Below, piece by piece: positions 56,023 through 64,000 of a DNA stretch of 64,000 bases. Source of the DNA: Candidatus Marinacidobacterales bacterium. GTDB lineage: Bacteria > Acidobacteriota > Vicinamibacteria > Marinacidobacterales > DATDRI01. The notes beneath the pieces are model-generated. The model searched no databases and was not told the DNA's origin. It saw only the letters and a program-made list of their open reading frames with translations. Made by a program: the position numbers and the translations under genes. Position 1 is the first letter of the stretch, and each line of letters starts with the position of its first letter. The DNA is taken from contig OZ245365.1 of NCBI GenBank assembly GCA_965226495.1, positions 2,944,001 through 3,008,000 on the forward strand. The letters run 5' to 3'.

Positions 56023-56436
56023 ATGAAGAAGTTGGTGCTCATCGCTGTTCTCGTTTTATTCTCCCCAGCCTTGGAAGCCTCGGAAAATAGGCTCGTCGGC
56101 GCCTGGGACACGCATTCCTATGTCATCGAAGGCAAGAGCCATGCGCTGGACGGCATTATCATTTTTACAGAGAACTACTTCGCAGGCACCGCCTACTCCA
56201 GCTTCTCGGGCGGAGAAATGGACGACTCCAACGCTAACGCTGGAACCTACACCATCGAGGGAAACAACGTCACTTTCCAGCAACAGGTGCAGATCCACAT
56301 CCGCCCCGGCGACGAGAAGGAACCTATCTTCTACGGGAAGGATGTTCCGGAGGCGGCGACCTTCGAAATCGACGGAGACGACCTAACCATCTATTTCCCG
56401 TCAGGCACTAAATACCTCGCCAAACGCCTGGAATAG
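56023..56436 (+). CDS. Secreted lipocalin-like domain protein
   Basis: GAGGAGG RBS; signal peptide; LVGAW, AGTYTIEGN, FEIDGDDLTI. Confidence 0.75.
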   Translation: MKKLVLIAVLVLFSPALEASENRLVGAWDTHSYVIEGKSHALDGIIIFTENYFAGTAYSSFSGGEMDDSNANAGTYTIEGNNVTFQQQVQIHIRPGDEKEPIFYGKDVPEAATFEIDGDDLTIYFPSGTKYLAKRLE

Positions 56437-56498
56437 CGCCGTCTGGCGAGCTTGTTGATGGCACCGTCCTATTTTGACGGCCGAACACCCTGATCTGC

Positions 56499-58324
56499 CT
56501 AATCACTGCCTTCCCTTCCACCTAGCCCGGCTAACGCTTCCCGCGCTTCGTCAATCTCCGCCACGGGTGTATCGGCGTCTCCCCAGAAGGTGAGGAATTG
56601 CTCGTACATCGCCTTGGCCTCGCTATCCCGCCCCATCTGCTCGTACAGTTTTCCGAGCTGGTAGTGGGCCTTGACGTAATGGATGGGTATATCGAGTCGG
56701 GCATCGGTGAGCTCGATGAGGCGGACCAGCTCCTTCTCGGCTTCTTCGTGTCTGCCCGATGCTGCGTAGGCGCGAGCCAGCGTCTCCCTATAGAGGGGAT
56801 GGTCGTAGGATTGAATCGCCAAGGGGAAATTGACGAGCGCGTCGTCCGCCCGCCGGCGCGCCAATAGGATTTCCCCATTGAGATGATAGAAGCGACGGAT
56901 GTGGGGCGCGAACTCTTCCTGCAGCGTGGCATCTCCGATGATCCTCAGCTGGTTCCCGGCCTTGTGCAGTCGGCCTTGCTTGATCTGCAACAGCCCCATC
57001 AAGTGTTGCAGATCGAGATTGAGGTCGCTCACCGAAGGCGCAAGCAGCAACGCCTCCCCGTAGGCTTCCGCCGCGCCGTCCAACTCCCCGATTTCGCTCA
57101 GGAAGTAGCCCACGTACAGGAGTCGGTGCGCTTCGGCCTTTGAATCTCCCCTCTTGGACGCGAGCTCCCGCCCAGCTTTCTTGCTGGCCGTAGCCTCCTT
57201 GAAGCGTCCCTGGTACAAATCGATGAGCGCCAGCTCGTCGTAGGCTTTTTCGCGAGTCTCGGACGCTTGTCGTCGGAGGAGCGGCTCCACCGTACGGCGC
57301 GCTTCGTCGAACTCGCCTTGCAACACCGCAGTTCGCGCCAGCTCGATTCGAACCTCGACACTTTGCTCCTCCAGCCTCGCATTGAAGAAGGCGCGAGCAC
57401 CGTCGAAATCCGCTTTGCGTCTCGATAGAATTCCATCCGCCAGAGCACCACGTGGCTCCGGCAGCCCACCATACGGCACATCGGTCGGGGGCGAGACTCT
57501 CCACCGCTCGCGGCCCTCCTGGACGAAGTCTGCGAGTACTGTGGCGAGGGCGTTCAGATATTCACCACCCGCCTCGGCGGTCGCGGCCCGCGGATCCCCA
57601 AAGACCCCGTTCGGCGTTACGCTCTGAGTCCCCTCTGCGCGTTTGTTCTTGCACCGACACCGTACGCGTCACCCATGAACCCAATCTCAGCCTCGCCCAT
57701 CCGTACAAGATCCGGTCTTGCCGCGAGCACGATGGAAGTCTCCGACCCTCCGGCATGAGAACCGGCAACTTCCAGATCGATGCCCAATCGCTCGCTCGTC
57801 GATGTCAATGCGCCGATGTAGCTGGCCGCATCGGAGAAAGCCATGATGTTGAGGTAAGGATAGAAATTCGAAAGCTCGTGAGCCGCACGTTCGACCGTGC
57901 TGAAGTTTCCACCATGCGTGGGAATGAGGGCAATGTGACGGAACCCGTGCCATGCCAAGCTGTGAACATATTCTCGCAGGAGTGCGACGAGAACCTCGCT
58001 GCGCGCACTGAGAGTGCCGGGGAAATAGAGATGATGCGAAGACGCCCCGATACGGATATTAGGTGCCACCACGGCTCGCCCGATCCGCTTAGCGATCCCA
58101 GGACCGAGAAAGTCGCCGGTAACCGAGTCACTCGCTAAGGCGATCTGAGGGCCATGCTGTTCTGTGGCGCCCACAGTGACGATCACAGTGTCCACACCGC
58201 TATCGATCGCGTCACGAACCTCCACCCAGGTCATTTCCTCGAGCGCGACACCCGCTGTTTGGCCGTACGCAATCGGTGATGACACCGTCAGGATCCCTAT
58301 GGCCAACGCGATAACAAATCTCAT
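56499..58324 (-). pseudogene. Secreted creatininase-family amidohydrolase fused to TPR domain, frameshifted near 57640
   Basis: EQHGP, D, SHH..FPGT, THGGN, HAGGSETS; a 2-nt shift restores NAEGTQSVTPNGVFGDPRAATAEAG and joins the TPR ORF 56499-57479. Confidence 0.75.
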
Positions 58325-59194
58325 TTCAAGCCCTCCTCTCCAAGGTTGCCGATGCCGGCGGTTAGAAACGGAATCCACCCGAAATAGCCGATCTGTACCA
58401 GGCTATAACCGCGCGCCCGCCCCAGGTACTCCGGAAGCCAAAACACGAAGAACCACCACGTCGGATCGGCACCCATTCGGGCGAGTATGGCTCCCCATAC
58501 CTTTCTCTGACGTAGGAGCAAACGCCAGGGCGGACGCTCCTGCGAAACGGGCTCGACTTCCTGAAGGATCGTCCCCTTGTCCGCCGTTGTGAGGCGAGGA
58601 TGTTCCCCAGGCGGCCAGTAGATGCTCAGCCAGGCCAAAAGCCAAACGAACCCGAGCGATCCAGTAATTAAGAATGCGGCCCGCCATCCCCATTGCAGGG
58701 TGATGAAGATCACGATCGGCGGAGCGACCATCGCGCCCACGCTGGTGCCCGATCCCCATATGCCGATCGCCGATGCTCGGTCCCGGGCCGGGAACCACTC
58801 CGTAACGGCTCGCGTCATGCAGGCCAACTGCCGGCCTCCCCCATCCCCAAGAGAAACCGGAAGACGGCGAACCCCACCGCACCACGTGCCGTGGCGTGGA
58901 GCATGCCGGCTATGGACCACCAAATAATAGAAAGCGTAAAACCGCGCCGAGTTCCCCACCGATCCATGATCCAACCGGAACCGGCCAGCATGAAGGTGTG
59001 TAGGCAAGCAAGAAGGAAAAAACGATGCGAGAGTAATCGACGTTCGAGAGCCCTAGCTCGTCACGAATGATGGGTGCGTTGACGGAAAGGACCTGCCGAT
59101 CGATGTAGCTGATGACGGTGGCCAGGAACAAGAGCCCCACGGTCACCACCCGGTTGTTGCGGATCTGGGCTCTCGTCCCGCTCATCCCCCCCAT
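58321..59194 (-). pseudogene. ACS/ExuT-like MFS transporter, frameshifted and lacking C-terminal half
   Basis: ISYIDRQ, EWFPARDRA, GWRAAF, DPTWWFFVFWLPEYL split across frames; ends abruptly at the RBS of the next gene. Confidence 0.75.
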
Positions 59195-59337
59195 CAGTGA
59201 CCGGCCAACGTATCACCGACTAGCGAGCGATTCCAGCACCTTGCATCCTATGTAGGGAATTCCGCCTCCGATCCTACCGAAGGGAGGTATCCTCCTCCAA
59301 CAACGATGAACGCGCATTGGCTGCTATAGGAGGGGAT

Positions 59338-60399
59338 ATGACCGAGGAATCAGACAAGCGAGAGGCAAACGGACTGAGTCGGCGGGACCTTTTTCGTACA
59401 CTCATCGGAGGAGCGGCAATGGCCGCCATCGAGCCGAGCCCAGCGAAGGCGAGCACACAGCTCGATCAAGGAATGCAGGTTGTGATCACGGGGTCTGGAT
59501 CCGCTCTCGCCGATCCGGAGCGCGGCAACGCCAGCGCCGCCGTCGTTGTCGATGGGACGGTCGTCCAGTTCGACTGCGGCCGCCGGACGATGGACAACTT
59601 GATGCGCGTAGGCATCAACCCGATGGACGTCGACTATCTCTTCTTCACCCATCTGCATTTCGATCACATCGCGACCTACGATTACTTCGTCGTTTCTTCA
59701 TGGATCTCGGGACGGCGTGCTCCTTTCAAGGTCTACGGCCCTCAAGGGACGACCAAAATGTCGAACGGTGCTATCTACAACATGCACGAGATGGATGTGC
59801 GATACGTCAAAGCGCTGGTGAGCAACTGGCCGGAAGCATCCATCGAACCTCCTGTCTCGGAGGCTCCGGTGGAGGTGTTGGACTGCGAGCCCGGCGTGAT
59901 CGTGGAGACCGATCTCTTCAAGGTCACCGCCACCGCCACACCCCACATCGCCTACCCCAACATGAAGAGTCTGGGATATCGGGTGGACTCCCGGCACGGC
60001 TCCGTCGTCATTTCCGGCGACACCGCGCCCTCTCCCAACATGGTGGAGTTGGCTCGGGGAGCCGATGTCCTCGTGCACGAGTGCGTGGTCCCCGATTTCG
60101 GAATGACCGAAGGCGGCAAGTTCAGCGCCGGAGAGTTCCATGATGAGGCGACCATGAATCAGAGAACCGGCCATACCTCCCCGACGGCTCTCGGCAAACT
60201 AGCCCAGGAAGCGCGTGTCAAAAAGCTCATCGCCACTCACCTGCCGCCCTACACCAGTGTCCCAGCCGCGGTGGCGATGTCGGAAAAATACTACGGCCGG
60301 ACGGGACCCGAGATTTGGGCGAAGTTCACCCGCGCTATGAAGACGCACTATTCGGGGCCCGTCATCTTGGCCGAAGACGCGATGGTGATCGAGATCTAG
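59338..60399 (+). CDS. Tat-exported metallo-beta-lactamase-fold hydrolase (RNase Z/arylsulfatase-like)
   Basis: SRRDLF Tat motif; THLHFDH; SGDT; LVHE; GHT; ATH. Confidence 0.85.
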   Translation: MTEESDKREANGLSRRDLFRTLIGGAAMAAIEPSPAKASTQLDQGMQVVITGSGSALADPERGNASAAVVVDGTVVQFDCGRRTMDNLMRVGINPMDVDYLFFTHLHFDHIATYDYFVVSSWISGRRAPFKVYGPQGTTKMSNGAIYNMHEMDVRYVKALVSNWPEASIEPPVSEAPVEVLDCEPGVIVETDLFKVTATATPHIAYPNMKSLGYRVDSRHGSVVISGDTAPSPNMVELARGADVLVHECVVPDFGMTEGGKFSAGEFHDEATMNQRTGHTSPTALGKLAQEARVKKLIATHLPPYTSVPAAVAMSEKYYGRTGPEIWAKFTRAMKTHYSGPVILAEDAMVIEI

Positions 60400-60616
60400 T
60401 GTCCTGTATCAGTAGATCGTTGCCTAAAGCTCGAGGCCATTTTGTGTGCTGGCGAGGCGTGGCGACGACGTCATATCTGGATATTTCCCGCCTTCCGCAG
60501 CGAGCCTGCCGAGCGGAGGGCTAGGCCGAAGGGCCGAACTGCACCGATGCCACAACGAAGCCAGCACGCAAAAGGGGCCGAGATTTATGTGACGAATTAC
60601 TGATACAGGGCACTAG
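60396..60616. mobile_element. MITE-like non-coding element with 25-bp terminal inverted repeats
   Basis: CTAGTGTCCTGTATCAGTAGATCGT ... ACGAATTACTGATACAGGGCACTAG (22/25 match), 221 bp, no transposase. Confidence 0.7.
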
Positions 60617-60754
60617 CAGGGACGCAGAAAAAGGAAATGCGGTTTGTACCCGGACGAATCGCCGCATATCATACCGTTCGCACCGCCCGTCAGGCTTTCA
60701 GGCTTTCAGGCTGTCAGGCGTGACAAGACGACAAGAACGAAGGAGGCAAGCGAG

Positions 60755-61480
60755 ATGGCCACTCCTCAGACGTACCTGAGGTCGACCGGAGCCACTTGGC
60801 TCGACACAATACGGGAGGAGCTCCTAGAGCCACGACTGGACGCGGTGCGCCACCACTCCGTCGTCGTGGATTCCCATTCCGGGAAGCTACCGCGTGAGGC
60901 TTTGATGCGATTGTTGGCCGACGTGCTGTGGCTGTTAGTATCGACGCCGAACCACGTAGCCGCTCTCGCCGCTCGCTGCCCTATCTACCGTCACGATCTC
61001 AAGACCGAGCTTCTACAAAACGCCTACAGCGAGCACAACCACCCCGCAGCATTATCCCGCGCCGTGACCTCTCTCGGAGGCCCCGGTGAACGCATTCTCT
61101 CGGGTCCGGAATGGGCTTGGGAGCCGTACTGGGCCACCTGGCATGTTCGTAATTGGCAAGAGCTCTGTTGCCTCTCTCGCCCCTTCGTCGACGGCGTGGC
61201 CTGTTTCAACGTAGGTGTCGAGGCGGTGGTACCCTCCATTTTCCATCCCATCGGTGAAGGGCTAGAGAAACACTACGGAGTAACCGGAGCGGCGTTCGAC
61301 TGGTTTCGATGGCACGGAGGCGAGGTCGAGGAAGAACATGGAAACGAGGGACTAAAGGTACTGGCGGAGATCGTGGATCCGAACGATGAAGAGATTCAGT
61401 CTCGTTGCCGGTACATCATCGACCGCACCAGCTCGTTCATCGCCGGCCCTTGGCTCGACGCCTATCAGCTGGCCTCTTAA
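60755..61480 (+). CDS. Heme-oxygenase-like diiron enzyme (TenA/PqqC/CADD superfamily)
   Basis: AGGAGG RBS; SEHNH, GVE, WFRWHGGEVEEEH metal-ligand pattern; GLEKHYG. Confidence 0.75.
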   Translation: MATPQTYLRSTGATWLDTIREELLEPRLDAVRHHSVVVDSHSGKLPREALMRLLADVLWLLVSTPNHVAALAARCPIYRHDLKTELLQNAYSEHNHPAALSRAVTSLGGPGERILSGPEWAWEPYWATWHVRNWQELCCLSRPFVDGVACFNVGVEAVVPSIFHPIGEGLEKHYGVTGAAFDWFRWHGGEVEEEHGNEGLKVLAEIVDPNDEEIQSRCRYIIDRTSSFIAGPWLDAYQLAS

Positions 61481-61486
61481 ACTCCG

Positions 61487-61690
61487 GTGTTCGAATTTCT
61501 CGAGTGGTACTTCCCTTGGTCGCGGGTCGATCCGATCCTGAAGATCGAGCTCATGATCTGGTTTGGCTCCGTAGTGACGGCCTTCCTGATTCCGACCTGG
61601 GCACTAGTTCTCAAGAGAACGTGGCTGCCCATGTCGCACCTCCCTCTTCCAGTGGACGAAGACAAGGCACCCGAACCAGATGCGCATTGA
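61487..61690 (+). CDS. Small single-TM protein (symporter accessory subunit-like)
   Basis: Hydrophobic segment; overlaps start of the downstream symporter. Confidence 0.55.
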   Translation: MFEFLEWYFPWSRVDPILKIELMIWFGSVVTAFLIPTWALVLKRTWLPMSHLPLPVDEDKAPEPDAH

Positions 61691-63161
61691 TGCGATCCTC
61701 TACATCTGTTTCCTAGCACTCAGCTTTGGAATCGGCGCCTTCGCCGTCCGTCGCGTCAAGACTCTCGCCGATTACTATGTCGCCGGCGGATCGATGCCAT
61801 GGTACCTTCTCGCGGGAAGTTTCATCGCCGCCAACGCCAGCGCCGCCCTCTTCCTCGGTGCGACCAACGTTGCGGGTGGCGTCGGCTACACGTTCTGGTG
61901 CGGCTATTTCACGACCGCGACCGGCATCCTGTTCGCGATTGGCGTGGTCGGTGTCCTGGTCCGTCGGCTCTCCGGCCACTACGAGATCTACAATTTCGCC
62001 GACATCCTTGCCCTTAGGTACCAGAGCCGGGAAAAAGCGGTGCGCATCATTACGGCGGTTGTAGTTCCCGTCGTGTATATCCCATACATCGCCGCTCAAT
62101 TCATCGGACTTGCTTCGATCACTGCGGCCGCGTTCGACTTCAACTACTCCGTGGTCCTCATCGGGATCATCGTGCTGATCGTCGGATACACGTTCCTAGG
62201 AGGTATGGTCGCGGTCGTCTGGACCGACGCCTTCCAATTCCTAGTGCTTTTCTTGGGAATGATCCTCGCCGTCCCCATCGGCATGAAGGTCGCCGGGAAC
62301 GGTTCGGCCGCAGCCGGTTGGGAGCGGATCGTCGCGTTGGGCCCCGAGATCTTTCAGTGGACCGGTGAGGCGTGGCCCTGGTACTTGGTCCTGGGGCAGT
62401 TTGTATGGCTCTTCGCGTTCTCCGCCGAGCCCCACCTGGTCACACGCTTTCTGACCGCCCGCGACGAGGCGACGATCCTAAAAGCACTTCCCGTCTGCCT
62501 CTTTGCGGTACTGGTACTCTATTCCTCATCGGTTCCGGTGGGGCTCCTGGGCCGGCTCGTTACCCCCGAGCTCGCGTCTGGCGAGTACTACTACATCGAG
62601 CTGGCACGTGCCGCGCTAGGAACCTGGCTCGGTGCGTTCGCCTTGGCCGGCGTTGGGGCCGCCGCACTCTCCACGTGCTCGACGGAGCTCATCGTGAGCT
62701 CGCAATCCCTGTCCCGAGATCTCTACCAAAGGTTCTTGGCACCGAACGCCCCCGAGCAGCGCGTGCTCTTGGTCGCGCGCTTTAGCGTCGTCATCATGGG
62801 CGCGTTGACGTTCGTCCTTGCCTACTTCCGCATATTGAGCATTTTCTGGTTAGTGATTCTCTCCGTCTCCTTGCTCACCAGCGCGTTCTTCGTTCCGGTG
62901 GTAGGGGGGTTCTTCTGGCCTCGCGCCACTTCGGCTGGCGCCATCGCCGCTATGATCGCGGGCCTCACCGCCGGCGTATCGGTTTACATCGTCAATCAAA
63001 TCGGCGGAACCCATTACTTCATTAGTGAGCTCTATGCGGGCCTGGGCGCGAGCCTGCTGGCCTTCTGGGGCGTCAGTCGTTTAGGAAAACCGACCGACGC
63101 CGAGTTACGGGTACTGTCGTCGCTGCGGGTCCCGTCTGGGCAGTCGGAGAAGTCGACCTAA
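61680..63161 (+). CDS. Sodium:solute symporter family transporter
   Basis: DYYVAGG, YTFLGGMVAVVWTD, AAALST, SRDLY. Confidence 0.9.
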   Translation: MRIDAILYICFLALSFGIGAFAVRRVKTLADYYVAGGSMPWYLLAGSFIAANASAALFLGATNVAGGVGYTFWCGYFTTATGILFAIGVVGVLVRRLSGHYEIYNFADILALRYQSREKAVRIITAVVVPVVYIPYIAAQFIGLASITAAAFDFNYSVVLIGIIVLIVGYTFLGGMVAVVWTDAFQFLVLFLGMILAVPIGMKVAGNGSAAAGWERIVALGPEIFQWTGEAWPWYLVLGQFVWLFAFSAEPHLVTRFLTARDEATILKALPVCLFAVLVLYSSSVPVGLLGRLVTPELASGEYYYIELARAALGTWLGAFALAGVGAAALSTCSTELIVSSQSLSRDLYQRFLAPNAPEQRVLLVARFSVVIMGALTFVLAYFRILSIFWLVILSVSLLTSAFFVPVVGGFFWPRATSAGAIAAMIAGLTAGVSVYIVNQIGGTHYFISELYAGLGASLLAFWGVSRLGKPTDAELRVLSSLRVPSGQSEKST

Positions 63162-63162
63162 G

Positions 63163-64000
63163 ATGGCCGAAAGAACCCTTCGAGTTGGCATCGTTGGCTA
63201 CGGCGAAGCGGGCGCCTTTCATGCTCGACATCTCGTTGCCGCCGGCGCCGAGGTCGTTGGGGCGGTGACGACTCGCGAGCTCGAGTCCGGACTTCGACGT
63301 TTCGGCTCGCTCGCCGAGATGCTAGCCCACGTTGACGCGGTCACCATCGCGGTGCCCAATCATCTTCATGCCGGTCTTTGCATCGAAGTACTCGAGTCGG
63401 AGAAACCGGTTTTCGTGGAAAAACCATTACTCCAAACAGCCGGTGAGCTCGAGGACCTGGAACGGGTGGTTAGAAGTACGCCACTCACGGCGGTGCACGT
63501 CGGCTTCCGTCTACATTGGAATCCCAGCCTTCGCGCCCTGCAAGAGCGGATCCAGGGAGTTCGTCGCATCCGATGCGAATATCGATTGGGCATCGATCGA
63601 TTGGCGAAGGACAAGCCCTGGACACGTCAAAAGAATACCAGTGGCGGCGCCTTCTTCACGCTCGGCGTGCACGCCTACGACCTCGTACGCTGGCTCGCCG
63701 GGGCGTGCGGCGAGCCCCTGACCGATTTGCGTGCCCAAGCGGAACACTACGAGGACGGAAACGACTTCCCTCTGGTGACATCGATGTCCGGTCGCCTTCC
63801 AAATGGGATCGAGCTAGTGTCGGCTGTGGATCTTCGCGGCAACGAGCCCTTTCGTTTGGAGCTCGAAGTGGACGCGGAGTCGGGAACGTATCCCGATCCG
63901 TCCCTACCCGGCCCGGCACCCGAAGAGGAGGGTTCTGCGGATGCTGAGTACGGCGGCTTGATGTTCGACTTCGTACGTGCCGCCACGAATAAAAAAGAAC
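63163..64000 (+). CDS. Gfo/Idh/MocA oxidoreductase (runs off window; absent from ORF track)
   Basis: ATG 63163: MAERTLRVGIVGYGEAG...AVTIAVPNHLH...VFVEKPL...GGAFFTLGVHAYD. Confidence 0.85.
   Translation, partial: MAERTLRVGIVGYGEAGAFHARHLVAAGAEVVGAVTTRELESGLRRFGSLAEMLAHVDAVTIAVPNHLHAGLCIEVLESEKPVFVEKPLLQTAGELEDLERVVRSTPLTAVHVGFRLHWNPSLRALQERIQGVRRIRCEYRLGIDRLAKDKPWTRQKNTSGGAFFTLGVHAYDLVRWLAGACGEPLTDLRAQAEHYEDGNDFPLVTSMSGRLPNGIELVSAVDLRGNEPFRLELEVDAESGTYPDPSLPGPAPEEEGSADAEYGGLMFDFVRAATNKKE

Overview
High-GC bacterial chromosomal segment. PEP-CTERM, MglA-like, PilZ, BON, M14/S58 peptidase and TonB genes suggest an Acidobacteriota/Vicinamibacteria-like or myxobacteria-like organism (inference only). 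About 55 CDS and several pseudogenes; no rRNA, tRNA or CRISPR array seen. The first 10.8 kb is an accessory hotspot bracketed by decayed duplicates of the addA 3' end and of a membrane-protein gene. It carries a PD40-PHP-cyclophilin fusion and a phage-free module: a sigma54-driven PEP-CTERM gene, three tail-collar paralogues (one cut by IS30), two DUF6916-like proteins (one with a Tat signal and poly-Arg), a GNAT, and a methyltransferase with PRMT-type motifs. Other highlights: a three-gene RiPP-like operon (HPr-kinase-like, PqqD/RRE fused to an internal Tat motif and 10-Cys core, nucleotidyltransferase), a selenocysteine peroxiredoxin missed by the ORF track, an MglA-GAF-pseudokinase fusion, two unusual PilZ fusions, a heme-oxygenase-like diiron enzyme operon, vapBC, a MITE and REP-like hairpins. 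Several frameshifts may be sequencing or assembly errors. Family assignments come from motif recognition by eye, not database searches.
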